A DNA stretch of 64,000 nt from Leptonemataceae bacterium (GCA_965227295.1 OZ245742.1:5440001-5504000); one strand, 5' to 3'; positions 48,602-61,374 are shown, counted from the stretch's first letter. Notes: generated by a model from the sequence alone, not told the origin. A program made the numbers and translations.

Positions 48602-49363
48602 ATGATCCACATCAAGAACAGGGCCGAGATCCAGAAAATGCGGAATGCCTGCAAACTCGCGGCCGAGGTTCTGCACGAAACCGGCCTGCGCGTGGCGCCC
48701 GGGGTTTCCACTCTGGAACTCAACGACTTTGCGGACAAGCTCACGCGCAAAAACGGCGCCACGAGCGCCCCGCTGAACTATCGGGGATTTCCGAAGAGCA
48801 TCTGCACCTCCATCAACGAGGTCGTCTGCCACGGCATCCCCGGTCCCGAGGACATCCTCAAAAACGGGGACATAATCAACATCGACATCACTGTCATTCT
48901 GGACGGCTTTCACGGGGATACGTCGCGCATGTTCGTTGTGGGCGGCGAAGAGCACTTAACGGAGGGTGCGAAGACGCTCATCACCGATACCCACCGCGCC
49001 ATGCACGTGGGCATCGAGGCGGTGGGCCCGGGCGGCCGCGTCTCCGACATCGGCGATGCCATCGACAGTTTTCTGACGCCGAAGGGCTACGGCATTGTGC
49101 GGGATCTGGCCGGGCACGGCATCGGCCGCAATTTCCACGAGGAGCCGTCGATCCCGCACTATCGCCAGAAGCGCGTCCGGGACCGGCTCCGTCCGGGCAT
49201 GACGTTTACGGTCGAGCCCATGGTGAACCAGGGCACCTGGGAAGTGGAATTCGATCAGGACGACGGCTGGACCGTGCGGACCAAAGATCGCCGGCTGTCG
49301 GCCCAGTACGAACACACGATCCTCGTGACCGACCACGGCACGGACATACTGACGGCACTTTGA
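48602..49363 (+). CDS. map: Type I methionyl aminopeptidase
   Basis: CTSINEVVCHGIP, IDITVILDGFHGDTS, GHGIG..FHEEP, FTVEPM, SAQYEHT. Confidence 0.97.
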   Translation: MIHIKNRAEIQKMRNACKLAAEVLHETGLRVAPGVSTLELNDFADKLTRKNGATSAPLNYRGFPKSICTSINEVVCHGIPGPEDILKNGDIINIDITVILDGFHGDTSRMFVVGGEEHLTEGAKTLITDTHRAMHVGIEAVGPGGRVSDIGDAIDSFLTPKGYGIVRDLAGHGIGRNFHEEPSIPHYRQKRVRDRLRPGMTFTVEPMVNQGTWEVEFDQDDGWTVRTKDRRLSAQYEHTILVTDHGTDILTAL

Positions 49364-49387
49364 TTCGCCGTCCCGCGTATACGAGAG

Positions 49388-50098
49388 ATGAACGACAACA
49401 GATCACAGGGCCAGGGAAGCCGCCGCTTTGCCGCGGCGTGTGTTGTTGCCGGCCTGTGTCTGCTTCTATTGGCCTGCCCCGGCCGTACCCGGAACCTCGA
49501 AGATCGCTCCCTGACCCGCAAGGATCTAACGGAGTTCGGGGCATCCCTCGTCTTTCCCTCGGACTGGGTGGTCAAGCGCGGGGAGTTCTTTCATCTGGAA
49601 GCGCGCTCCTCCGACGAGAATGAACCCCGGGCCCTCTTTGAATATCGCGGGCTGGAAAAGGTCAAGAAGGGACGCGAGAGCCGGCGTCAGTACGCGGCCG
49701 GCTGGTACCGCGCCATTGCCCTTTCGTACGAAGGCTGGGAGTACGAATCCCGGAGCACCGACCCGGCCGACCCGGAAGGCACCTGGCGTTTCGAAGGCGT
49801 TTATTTAGAAGAAACTCCGGGAAGCGACGGCCCTGTGCTCCTGCGTAAGATCGGATTATTGCGCTTTCGCGGCGAACGCGTGCACGCCCTCTATTATACC
49901 GCGCTCGCTTCGGACTTTGACGCCGTGCGCCCGCTATTCGAGAAAATGGATAGTCTGCACCGCTACTTTGATCCGGTGGACCTGGCCATGATGGAGGCTT
50001 CTTCGCGTTATTTGGTTGTCACCGGGCCTGATCGCAGCACTCCTGACAATCGAGCCGAACGTCTCCTTGAATTCGCGTCGGCATACGAGCGCCTATAG
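49388..50098 (+). CDS. Hypothetical lipoprotein
   Basis: LCLLLLAC lipobox-like signal; the stop codon lies inside the downstream tRNA. Confidence 0.65.
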   Translation: MNDNRSQGQGSRRFAAACVVAGLCLLLLACPGRTRNLEDRSLTRKDLTEFGASLVFPSDWVVKRGEFFHLEARSSDENEPRALFEYRGLEKVKKGRESRRQYAAGWYRAIALSYEGWEYESRSTDPADPEGTWRFEGVYLEETPGSDGPVLLRKIGLLRFRGERVHALYYTALASDFDAVRPLFEKMDSLHRYFDPVDLAMMEASSRYLVVTGPDRSTPDNRAERLLEFASAYERL

Positions 50099-50160
50099 CT
50101 CAATGGATAGAGCGCAGGTCTCCGGAACCTGAAATCGGGGTTCGAATCCCTGTAGGCGCA
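50089..50160 (+). tRNA. tRNA-Arg(CCG)
   Basis: Acceptor stem GCGCCTA/TAGGCGC, D arm GCTC...GAGC, anticodon arm CAGGT-CTCCGGA-ACCTG, T loop TTCGAAT; CCA not encoded. Confidence 0.95.
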
Positions 50161-50173
50161 CAGTAGTTCTCTT

Positions 50174-50572
50174 ATGTACCAGGTTCTTGAGATCGCCGGA
50201 GTTGTAATAAGCCTCGTCCTCGCGGGCTGGGGCTTCTTTCATCAGTTAATCGTCGGTGGTGCCGCCACCATCTTCAAAAATGTCTCCGAAAAAGAAGCGC
50301 GCCTCTTCGTAATGAGCTGGGTCGCCCACGGCGCCTTTATGAGTTTCGTCGGCGTCATCTCGGCGGTGCTGCTGCTGTTCTTCGGTCTGCTCTCCGGTCC
50401 CGTGCAGATCGTGCTCATTCTCAGCGGAGTGGCCATGATCCTGCTCTCCGCCCACGTCTTTGTCACCGGCTACGGTACGCACATCGGCCCCGTTCGCACC
50501 GGCGCCGTCCTCGAACTCATCTACGGCGTGTATCTCATCGCCGCCACGCTCATCGCCAATCCCCCGGCGTAA
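50174..50572 (+). CDS. Hypothetical membrane protein
   Basis: 132 aa with four hydrophobic segments, followed by a terminator. Confidence 0.75.
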   Translation: MYQVLEIAGVVISLVLAGWGFFHQLIVGGAATIFKNVSEKEARLFVMSWVAHGAFMSFVGVISAVLLLFFGLLSGPVQIVLILSGVAMILLSAHVFVTGYGTHIGPVRTGAVLELIYGVYLIAATLIANPPA

Positions 50573-50585
50573 AACCCCCGCGCAT

Positions 50586-50621
50586 AAAAAAACTCCGGCA
50601 CCCGCGGGCACCGGAGTTTTT
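50586..50621. terminator. Bidirectional terminator
   Basis: AAAAACTCCGG-N12-CCGGAGTTTTT between convergent genes. Confidence 0.8.
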
Positions 50622-50665
50622 ACGGCAACGCCTGCTCGCGCCGCCGTTGCTCTCTGGCGATAGAC

Positions 50666-52201
50666 TTACTCGATCGCCTCGTCCGGTTGCTCTTCGGCTT
50701 CCGGGTCTTCGTCGGTCATCGATTCGTCGTCCATGGTGTCGGAGTCGTCGGACATCGTTTCGTTCTCGTTGTCCTGAGCCGACTCGTCTTCCATCATGGA
50801 GTCTTCTTCCTCTTTCATGGGCGTCTCTTCCACTTGAGCCGGCGGCGTGAGGTCACCGGATTGCGGCGGAATCAGGAGTTTCTGTCCCGGGAAAATGAGG
50901 TTCGGATTGCGGATGGTTTTCTCGTTTGCCTGGTAGATGCGCTTCCAGAGACGGCCGTTGCCGTAGAACTCTTTGCGCGCGGCGATGCACCAGAGGCAAT
51001 CGGCCGGTTCTTGCTTCTTCACAACGTAAGCACGCCAGCCTTCCGGCGTTTCGGTTTCTTCGCCTTCGGAACCGTCGGTACCGCCCTCACCGATCTCACC
51101 GGCGTCACGCTTCTGCGCGGTGGCCAGCAGGTTGTACTGTTCGAAGATGATCTGCGAAAGGCGAATGGCGTCCTCGGATTCGCTGATGGACTGTTCGTAG
51201 TTGCCACTGTCGTACTCGGAAGACGCGGTATCGCGGGCTTCCTTCGCCGCGCCGAGTTGCGCGCCGATGGTATCGAGGACGTCGCCGGTCTCCTGATCTT
51301 TGCGATTGGCCGGCGTGTTGATTTCGCCGTAGTTCTTCTCAGCGTCCGAAACGGAGGTTTTTGCTTCGGCGAGTTTCTTCTCCGCGTATTGAGCTGCAAC
51401 GCGGGCCAGAAGTTGTTTCGAAGCCTCTTCGGCTTCTTTCATGGCGACGCTACCGTCTTTCAGTTTGCCGTCGTTGATCAGCGACTCGGCTTCGGAAAGT
51501 TTCGCTTTTGCCGCGGCCAGTCCGTCCGGATCCTCTTCACCGGCGCCCCACTGCTCGGCGCGCTGGAGATTCGAACGAATGCCGTCGAGAGAATCGAGCA
51601 TGTCGTCTTTCTGCGCGAGCGCGGTGTTCTTCGCGCGCTCGGCGGCCTGAGCCGCGTCGTCGAACTTACGTCCGGCGGTGCTGTAGGTGTTCAGCGCCTT
51701 TGCGCGTCCGCTGAGGTTGGCGGTAGGATCTTCGGCGGTGGAGCCGGCAGACTTTTGCTGCCCGGCATCGCTCTGCAGCTTGCTGCCTTCGCGATACAGA
51801 GTCTGGGCCGCTTCGTAGTCCTGCGCGGCGAGGACTTCGGCGTAAGCCTGCTCGGCTTCTTCCATAGTCTCTTCGGCGGTTTCTTTTTTAGAAGCGACCA
51901 TCTTCGGAGCCGAGGTCTCGCGCGCGTTCAGTGCCAGGCCGGTCGCCTGAAGGGCTGCCGTCTGTGCGCTTTCGTAGTCCTCATCCGCGAGGGCGCGGTG
52001 CGCGTTCAGCAACTGCAACCGGGCTTGTTCGTAGGTTTCGGTCGCGTACTGCGGCGCGCCGTCTTCCTGCGCCGCGTCGATCTGGATGCGCGCCTCGGCG
52101 AGTTCCTGAACGGGAATGGCTTTGCCGCAGTTTGCGCCCGTGGCGGCCACAACCGCCAACAGGGCCGCAATGACTACGACTCTGGGATGATAAAGATTCA
52201 T
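50666..52201 (-). CDS. LipL71/LruA-like lipoprotein with LysM domain
   Basis: Lipobox TGANC, PVQELAEAR...GAPQYA helical repeats, C-terminal PADCLWCIA...YGNGRLWKRIYQAN...NPNLIFPGQKLLIP, acidic tail. Confidence 0.82.
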   Translation of the reverse strand: MNLYHPRVVVIAALLAVVAATGANCGKAIPVQELAEARIQIDAAQEDGAPQYATETYEQARLQLLNAHRALADEDYESAQTAALQATGLALNARETSAPKMVASKKETAEETMEEAEQAYAEVLAAQDYEAAQTLYREGSKLQSDAGQQKSAGSTAEDPTANLSGRAKALNTYSTAGRKFDDAAQAAERAKNTALAQKDDMLDSLDGIRSNLQRAEQWGAGEEDPDGLAAAKAKLSEAESLINDGKLKDGSVAMKEAEEASKQLLARVAAQYAEKKLAEAKTSVSDAEKNYGEINTPANRKDQETGDVLDTIGAQLGAAKEARDTASSEYDSGNYEQSISESEDAIRLSQIIFEQYNLLATAQKRDAGEIGEGGTDGSEGEETETPEGWRAYVVKKQEPADCLWCIAARKEFYGNGRLWKRIYQANEKTIRNPNLIFPGQKLLIPPQSGDLTPPAQVEETPMKEEEDSMMEDESAQDNENETMSDDSDTMDDESMTDEDPEAEEQPDEAIE

Positions 52202-52424
52202 GGCTTACTCCTGGTGCTCTCTTCTCTTGTTTCGATGCTGTGTTATGAATGCAAACGCGGTGCAGTAGCAATCGCACCGCGGAAGATCCGCGTGATTATG
52301 GCAGAACTACACAGGCCCCGCGCCCGGATCAAGGATTAATAGTGATGGTAATGGCAATGAGAGATGGGCCGTCGCCTCACCCGGACAGGAATGCCCGTCC
52401 CGGGAAAGACACGGCTCTGACGCG

Positions 52425-52760
52425 TCACTTGAACGCAGCGACCGCGTCACCTTCGGAGTCATAGATCTCAAAGAAGGAGGTGAGCTTCGTCAGCTCGAAG
52501 ACCTTGCGAACCGATCCAGAGACGTTGATGATCTTCAGGCCACCCTGGTATTTCTTCAGGTTCGAGAGACTGGAGATCAGAGCGCCGATTCCGGAAGAGT
52601 CGATGTAAGAGACCCGGTCGAGGTTGATGATGACGTTGTACTTTTGTTCTTCGATGAGCTTGTTGATCAGTTCTTTGATTTCGGGTGCGTTGTAGAGATC
52701 GATCTCACCGTTCACATCGAGGATGGTGATGTCGCCGTTTTCTCTTCTAGAGATTTCCAT
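52425..52760 (-). CDS. STAS-domain anti-sigma-factor antagonist
   Basis: GEIDLYNAPEIK, VSYIDSSGIGALI, VFELTKL. Confidence 0.95.
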   Translation of the reverse strand: MEISRRENGDITILDVNGEIDLYNAPEIKELINKLIEEQKYNVIINLDRVSYIDSSGIGALISSLSNLKKYQGGLKIINVSGSVRKVFELTKLTSFFEIYDSEGDAVAAFK

Positions 52761-52874
52761 AAATGTGTTCGACCCAGGTATGGTATCGGGGTCCCCCCGT
52801 AGCGCTGAGTATATCTATATAGACCGTCTTACAACAGTTATTTCCATCGTCTCTGTCAACAGAAAAAATTAAGT

Positions 52875-54026
52875 CTAAGCGGGGATTTTTTGCCAGTCCG
52901 CGTAAAAGCGGTCAAATTCTCCGGCAATGATGGCCGCGCGCATATCGTCCATGAAACTTCGCAGAAAATACAAATTATGAAACGTCGCCAGCATGGGCCC
53001 GAGCATTTCGCCGGCCTGGAAAAGATGACGGAGGTACGCGAGACTGTATCGACGGCAGGTCCGGCACCCACACGCCGGGTCCGGCGGGCCATCGTCCTCG
53101 GCGTGGACCCGATTGCGCACATTCACTTTGCCCCGGGAAGTGAAGAGCTGGCCGTTGCGCGCGTTCCGGGTGGGCAGGACGCAGTCAAACATGTCCACTC
53201 CGTGACGGACCGCCTCCAGAAGATCGGGAACGGCGCCGACCCCCATGAGGTAGCGCGGCCGGCGCGCGTCCAACTGCGGCCCCAGGAACTCGAGCATGGC
53301 GTGCATTTCTTCGCGACTTTCGCCGACGGAGAGCCCGCCGATGGCCACGCCGTCGAAATCCAGACCCGATATATATTCGAGGGATAATCGACGGCGCTCC
53401 TGGTCGAGGGCGCCCTGGAAGATACCGAACATACGCTGGCGCTCCGGGTCGAGCTCTCCAGCATCGATCAATCGGCGGCGATATGCGACGGCGCGGTCGG
53501 CCCAACGATGGGTCCGCGCCAGGGCCGCATCCACGCGCTCGGGAGTACCGTCCCCGGGTGGACAATCATCGAGCATCATCATGATGTTCGAACCTAATGC
53601 GCGTTGAATGTCGATGACCCGCTCCGGCGTGAACAGATGGCGACTGCCGTCGATGTGCGAGGCGAACTCGACACCGTCTTCATGAAACTTCACTCGATCC
53701 GCAAGGCTGAAGACCTGGTAACCGCCGCTATCCGTGAGAATGGCTCCGTTCCATCCCCCCATAAAGCGATGCAGTCCGCCCCGGCGTTCGATGAGTTCGT
53801 GTCCCGGGCGCAGAAAGAGATGATACGTATTGCCGAGGATGAGTTTGTATCCGATCTCTTCGAGATCTTCTAAATACAATCCCTTTACCGTACCCACGGT
53901 CCCCACGGGCATGAAGACCGGTGTAGGAACTTCGACACCACCGGCGAGGCGCAACCGTCCGGCGCGCGCGGTGTTATGCGGCCCGGAGTCTTCGGCTTCG
54001 ATCTGAAAAAATGGCGAGGATGTCAC
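52875..54026 (-). CDS. tgt: Queuine tRNA-ribosyltransferase
   Basis: TPVFMPVGT, NTYHLFLRPG, LTDSGGYQVFSL, GGLSVGE, DMFDCVLPTRNARNG, CGCRTC. Confidence 0.97.
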   Translation of the reverse strand: MTSSPFFQIEAEDSGPHNTARAGRLRLAGGVEVPTPVFMPVGTVGTVKGLYLEDLEEIGYKLILGNTYHLFLRPGHELIERRGGLHRFMGGWNGAILTDSGGYQVFSLADRVKFHEDGVEFASHIDGSRHLFTPERVIDIQRALGSNIMMMLDDCPPGDGTPERVDAALARTHRWADRAVAYRRRLIDAGELDPERQRMFGIFQGALDQERRRLSLEYISGLDFDGVAIGGLSVGESREEMHAMLEFLGPQLDARRPRYLMGVGAVPDLLEAVRHGVDMFDCVLPTRNARNGQLFTSRGKVNVRNRVHAEDDGPPDPACGCRTCRRYSLAYLRHLFQAGEMLGPMLATFHNLYFLRSFMDDMRAAIIAGEFDRFYADWQKIPA

Positions 54027-54034
54027 GGCGCTGT

Positions 54035-55273
54035 TCAGTTCGGCGCGGGCAGTCGTTCGATCATGCGCAGGATGCGCAGTTCGTCGGGGCCCGGCGGGCT
54101 ATCCTGATGATACCGTCGATACCAGGCCGCGAGATTGCGCAAACGTTTCTCCAGGGCGCGCTGTTTTTCCAGCTCCACCCCGGTGCGCGGTCCCTCGTGT
54201 TTGAGCACGGACATCTCGTAGACCCGACCGTAGTGCAGCAGGGCGATGCGATACAACTCGGCGCGCCGGTAGGCCGGTTCGCGTTCCAGGAGTTCCATCA
54301 GCAGTTTTTCGGCCTCGTCCCGTGATGCGTCATACCGCGCACGTTCGTCCGAACTACTCTGCGCAGCGTAGTAGATCGTGCGCAGATAGTGCGCGCGAGC
54401 CAGGCGCAGCAGGATGTCCGCGTGATCCATGCCGTCGTCGCGACCGAGCTGCCGCGCCACATCGCCGATTTCCACAATGCGATCCAGGTACGTAACCAGG
54501 TTCGCCCCGCGCGAGGCTTCGTTGCGCCGCAGTTCGTAGGCCAGGTATAGAGCGTCCATGTAGTTGCGGTAGTACTGGTAGGCCTCGTACTCGTAGCGGA
54601 AGTTCACGCGATTGCGCCAGGCCTTGCGGTACTCACCCAGAGCGCGCTCCGGTACCTCGCGACCGGAATCTCGCGCCATCGACAGAAAGAGATCACCCAG
54701 AGCGGCGTTGGCCTCGGGCAACGTCCGGTCCGCGACGAGCGCGGCGTTGTAACTGGAGATGGCGCGTTCGACGTCGCCGCGATTCGCAAAGTGATCGCCG
54801 CGTTTTTTCAGAACGTAAGCGCGTTCCAGATTCTCGGTATCCAGCGTGCGCGCGACGAACTGCCCTTCCCGCACGCGCAGCAGAATGCCGGTGCCGGTGA
54901 GTACCCAGCCGTAGAACGGATTATACAAAATGGAACGCACGCGGATCTCGCCGACGATGAGGCCGTTGCGGTACTGTTTGTGGTGCGGATTCTTATCGAC
55001 GATGTAGAGCAATTGCCCTTTCTTCAGGCCGCGCCGGTTCTGGACCTTGACGGTTACCTGATCTTCGCGGGTATCGTAGCCGCGGAATGGTTCCTTTTCC
55101 TGGGGCGTGGCGACCTTGGTCTTACTCTGGATCTCACCGACCAGGATCATCCGCTGCGGCGGCTCGGTCTTGAAGTTCCGGAAGGCGTAAATGATCTCGT
55201 TGCGCTGGGCGTGCCCCGCGGAAGGTACAAGCAGGATGAGCACGGCGATGATTGCGGCGAAGATCGAACGCAT
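54035..55273 (-). CDS. Exported TPR-containing protein
   Basis: Signal peptide; TPR-like KRGDHFANRGDVERAISSYNAAL...PEANAALGDL. Confidence 0.7.
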   Translation of the reverse strand: MRSIFAAIIAVLILLVPSAGHAQRNEIIYAFRNFKTEPPQRMILVGEIQSKTKVATPQEKEPFRGYDTREDQVTVKVQNRRGLKKGQLLYIVDKNPHHKQYRNGLIVGEIRVRSILYNPFYGWVLTGTGILLRVREGQFVARTLDTENLERAYVLKKRGDHFANRGDVERAISSYNAALVADRTLPEANAALGDLFLSMARDSGREVPERALGEYRKAWRNRVNFRYEYEAYQYYRNYMDALYLAYELRRNEASRGANLVTYLDRIVEIGDVARQLGRDDGMDHADILLRLARAHYLRTIYYAAQSSSDERARYDASRDEAEKLLMELLEREPAYRRAELYRIALLHYGRVYEMSVLKHEGPRTGVELEKQRALEKRLRNLAAWYRRYHQDSPPGPDELRILRMIERLPAPN

Positions 55274-55358
55274 ACTGTGTATCGTATCGGCAGATCGCGG
55301 CGGGGGCTCCAGGAAAGATTTACCACCGAGGCACAGCGTTCACTGGAAAGATTCGAGG

Positions 55359-56117
55359 TTACCGAAAGTACCAGCGCAACGGCTCCGGCAATTCGCGCGC
55401 GGCGAACTCCAGGTGTAACACGCGTCGGCGGCGGTCGTGGCCGGTTTGCGACGACCGCGACGAATGCAACAGCAGCGGCCTCATGGCCAACACGCTGCCG
55501 GCCGCGCCGGAGCACAGCACGCCGTCGCCGTCGGTAGTGAGTTCCGCGACGCGCTCCGGTCCGAGGCGCCCGTGGCGATGACTGCCGGGTTGTACGGTTA
55601 AGGCCCCGTTCCCGGCGTCGCAGTCGTCCAGACGGATGCGCAGTGTCAAAATCTGTTCGAGCAGATCACGCGGCGGCTCGACGTGACAGACCCCCGATTT
55701 TTTCGTCCACGCCTGGAAGCCGGCCGCATTAAGACCGGCTCGCTCTTCCGGGGCGATGTCGTGCACGGCGATGGTTTGATCCTGATGCCAGAGGACGTTC
55801 CAGTTGGCCTCGGGTGGTTTATCAAAGTAAATGCAACGCACGGCGAAGTACCCGGCTCCGAGGATCGGTTCTGCCAGCGTGCGCAACTCCGGCCCCGTCG
55901 CGACATCGCGCACGTAGTCCGAGTCCCGCAGGAGATTGCGAATGGCGTAGACATCCCGGCGCCGCCGCACGTCGGCGGTTTCCGCCCGGGCCCGGGCATC
56001 CAGATGCGCGCGCAGTTCGGTGACGCGTTCCGCGGAAAAGACGTCGCTCACCCGGGCGAAACCATCGCGCTCGATTTGCCGTGCATAGCCGTCGAGGTCG
56101 ACCGTCGTTCTCATCAT
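55359..56117 (-). CDS. Phytanoyl-CoA dioxygenase (PhyH)-family protein
   Basis: FDKPPEANWNVLWHQD, NGALTVQPGSH, MRPLLLHSS, RRVLHLEF. Confidence 0.9.
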   Translation of the reverse strand: MMRTTVDLDGYARQIERDGFARVSDVFSAERVTELRAHLDARARAETADVRRRRDVYAIRNLLRDSDYVRDVATGPELRTLAEPILGAGYFAVRCIYFDKPPEANWNVLWHQDQTIAVHDIAPEERAGLNAAGFQAWTKKSGVCHVEPPRDLLEQILTLRIRLDDCDAGNGALTVQPGSHRHGRLGPERVAELTTDGDGVLCSGAAGSVLAMRPLLLHSSRSSQTGHDRRRRVLHLEFAARELPEPLRWYFR

Positions 56118-57487
56118 TTTAATTTATCGCCCAATTTACACTTCGGGTATTCCCCCGGCGGCAACTCGGCGCCGAGCCAGCCGAAGGCCGGCATGGCCTG
56201 CACGACGTGAATGCCCCACGATGAAATAAACAGCGGGCACTCCGTGATCTTGTTCCGGCAGATCATTTGCGCGGCGTCGAGGGGACGCGGGTAGGCCCAG
56301 GCACTCGGCGGATGCAGACACTCGTTTTCGACCCGGGCAATGGCTTCGACTCGCGCGGCCTCGCGTTGGTACTCGTGAAAGGTGGCGATGATCGAATGTG
56401 CAATGCTCCGATCGAAGACGCCCTTGCCGGAATAGTAGGCGATGTAATAGACACAGTCTTCGGCAAACTGTTCGCGATTGTGTCGGCGGCGCGAGATGTC
56501 GTCAACGTAACGAGCGATGCGCAGAATGTCCGTGATGCGCCGGGACCGTTCGCCGTCATACGGCGGCACGGCGATGCCGTCTTCCGGCGGTTCCTCTTTC
56601 TGCTGCGACTTCGCCTCCGCATCTTCCGCTTCATCTTCGCCGGGCGGATTCGATTCTGCCTCGTCTTCTTCGTCGGCGTCCAGCAGCGACGGGAGCGCCG
56701 CGCCCTCTTCTTCGGTTTCGTCGAGCAACGCGTCGAAGGCCGCCCCGGCAAATTGTGCCGGCAGCGATTCGTCCGCCGCCGCTTCGGAGGCGTCAGACCT
56801 TTCGTACTCCAGGTCCGCCGGATGTGCGGCCACGGCTTCGAGACATTCCTCGGGTAGGTCAAAGACTTTTGCGAACTCCGCGCACGTACGCGCCACGCGT
56901 CGCTTCTGTTCCCCGCCGATCACCGGAAAACGCCACGCCCCGGAATCCGCGAGCGCCAGGTCCGCACCGAGGCCGGCCAGAAAGGCGTGACGACGCAGGT
57001 ACTGCACGGGCGGCTTCACCCCGACCGCAATAAACAAACACAAGAGGCCCAGGCCCGTCACGTGCGCGAAGAACTGCGGATCGAGGACCGACGCCCGATA
57101 GAGGACCAGGATCAACGTGCGACTGCGCAGGGCGGACTCGACCAGGTCGCGATAGTTGTAGCTGCCCGCATCGCGCAGCACGCGGGTGAAACCGGCGGTG
57201 TTTTCCGGCAGGCGATGGAACATGCGTCCCGCCAGATGCGATCGCAAGCGGGCCAGCAACTCGCCCGTGATACGCACTCGAAAACGCTGGAGATAGCTGC
57301 CCTCCAGTTCCTTGAGGCGCGTCATCTGCGAGGCGCGCACGGGGACGTGTTTTTCGATGAGCGTGTGCCCGTTGTTGTCCCGTACGGCCCGATCAAACTC
57401 CAGCCGACCGAACATCTGAAAGTCCTCGCAGAACTGCGTGAGTTCGGCGTAGGCTTCGAATTCGATGACGTTCGTCCCGATCTTCAC
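56114..57487 (-). CDS. Conserved hypothetical protein with acidic insert and Cys-containing C-terminus
   Basis: 457-aa ORF overlapping the start of the PhyH gene; C-terminal CLHPPSAWAYP...C...CP...YPKC. Confidence 0.7.
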   Translation of the reverse strand: MKIGTNVIEFEAYAELTQFCEDFQMFGRLEFDRAVRDNNGHTLIEKHVPVRASQMTRLKELEGSYLQRFRVRITGELLARLRSHLAGRMFHRLPENTAGFTRVLRDAGSYNYRDLVESALRSRTLILVLYRASVLDPQFFAHVTGLGLLCLFIAVGVKPPVQYLRRHAFLAGLGADLALADSGAWRFPVIGGEQKRRVARTCAEFAKVFDLPEECLEAVAAHPADLEYERSDASEAAADESLPAQFAGAAFDALLDETEEEGAALPSLLDADEEDEAESNPPGEDEAEDAEAKSQQKEEPPEDGIAVPPYDGERSRRITDILRIARYVDDISRRRHNREQFAEDCVYYIAYYSGKGVFDRSIAHSIIATFHEYQREAARVEAIARVENECLHPPSAWAYPRPLDAAQMICRNKITECPLFISSWGIHVVQAMPAFGWLGAELPPGEYPKCKLGDKLK

Positions 57488-57610
57488 GTGTGTAAAGCAT
57501 GATAGGCCGATTCACGTTCTGCAATCATAAAAGCGGACCACCGCAAGGAGCGAGGCGTCGCGGGGCAAAAACGACTGGTCACCACGCATCCTGGGAGCAT
57601 CCCGGTAAGC

Positions 57611-60343
<2,733 letters not shown>

Positions 60344-60397
60344 CTGTATCTGTCGGTTTTTTGTTGCCGTCTATCCGCGTTTACTGTAGAGACCGTC

Positions 60398-61081
60398 ATG
60401 CAAACGTTAAATTTTCTAAAGTGCGTGGCCGTGGCCACGGCCTTGCTGTTGTTCGGCGCCTGCCGATCGGCACCGCCGGTCCAGCCCATTGCGGACCAGG
60501 CGACGGTTCTCGTCGCTCAAATCCAGATCAACCCCATCATCAATCCAGGGGGCTTATTGTCGATCCGCGCCAGCCGCGCCTGGTTTGCCCGCCTGGACGG
60601 CAAGAAGGTCGACTCGATCAGTGAGGTGATTCCGGCGAACTGGGTGACCGACGACCGCGCCTATCTGTTGAATGCACCTCCGGGCGAATACGTCCTCGTG
60701 GCCGCGTACTATGAGCAACAGAAGCAGTCGAATTCCGCGAGCACCGGTGTCGGCGGCGGTACGCTCACCGTCACGGTCTCCCACACGCCGCGTTACCTGG
60801 TCCTTCTGGACGGGGACTCCATCGACGCCACCCGCACCACGTCCGAAAAAGGCAAGGTCACGATTATGGGGAAAGTCGAGTTGGGTCTTCAGATGGATCG
60901 CAATCTGACGCCGATTCATAACCGGGTTGCAAACCTCATCGGCAATGCCGGCTACCAGGGCGGCATCAACAAAACGAAGGGGCGACTGGAATCCGGCGCA
61001 ATGGCGGAAAGCGATCGCCTGGAGATCCTGGAAGAAGTCCAGAAAGACTTCGCGGATTCCGCGTGGGCCTCGTATCTTTAG
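60398..61081 (+). CDS. Hypothetical lipoprotein
   Basis: LLLFGAC lipobox; 227-aa ORF. Confidence 0.75.
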   Translation: MQTLNFLKCVAVATALLLFGACRSAPPVQPIADQATVLVAQIQINPIINPGGLLSIRASRAWFARLDGKKVDSISEVIPANWVTDDRAYLLNAPPGEYVLVAAYYEQQKQSNSASTGVGGGTLTVTVSHTPRYLVLLDGDSIDATRTTSEKGKVTIMGKVELGLQMDRNLTPIHNRVANLIGNAGYQGGINKTKGRLESGAMAESDRLEILEEVQKDFADSAWASYL

Positions 61082-61134
61082 AGTACTTTTTTTGGTTGTT
61101 TGATTCGAACGTGTTTCCGTTACTGACTGTATCT

Positions 61135-61320
61135 ATGTCCGATCCCCGGAACATCTTTCGCGCGCGCTTTTCGCGTTCGCTAACCGCTACCCGCGTGTGG
61201 TCCAAGCACGTTGTCGTACCGGTCATGCCCGGGGCTTCGGAGAGTGTGCGTAGTCTGTAACCAGTTACACACGATCACACCAGCAAGAGGCCGCGGGAAC
61301 CACCGCGGCCTTTTTTGTTT
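61135..61320 (+). promoter_or_regulatory. Putative leader-peptide transcription attenuator
   Basis: 41-aa leader ORF 61135-61260 with VVVPV near its end, hairpin spanning the stop codon, then terminator AGGCCGCGG-GAACCA-CCGCGGCCT-TTTTT just upstream of the EamA gene. Confidence 0.55.
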
Positions 61321-61374
61321 CTTCCGGAAACAGAAGCCCGCGGCCCACGGCCGATGCGCAGGGAGGAAACCAAA

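Noticed and set aside
50089..50200. tRNA-anchored genomic island
   Set aside because: No integrase and no duplicated tRNA 3' end seen; flanking genes look like core genes
50687..52339. 550-aa plus-strand ORF
   Set aside because: Antisense shadow of the LipL71-like gene
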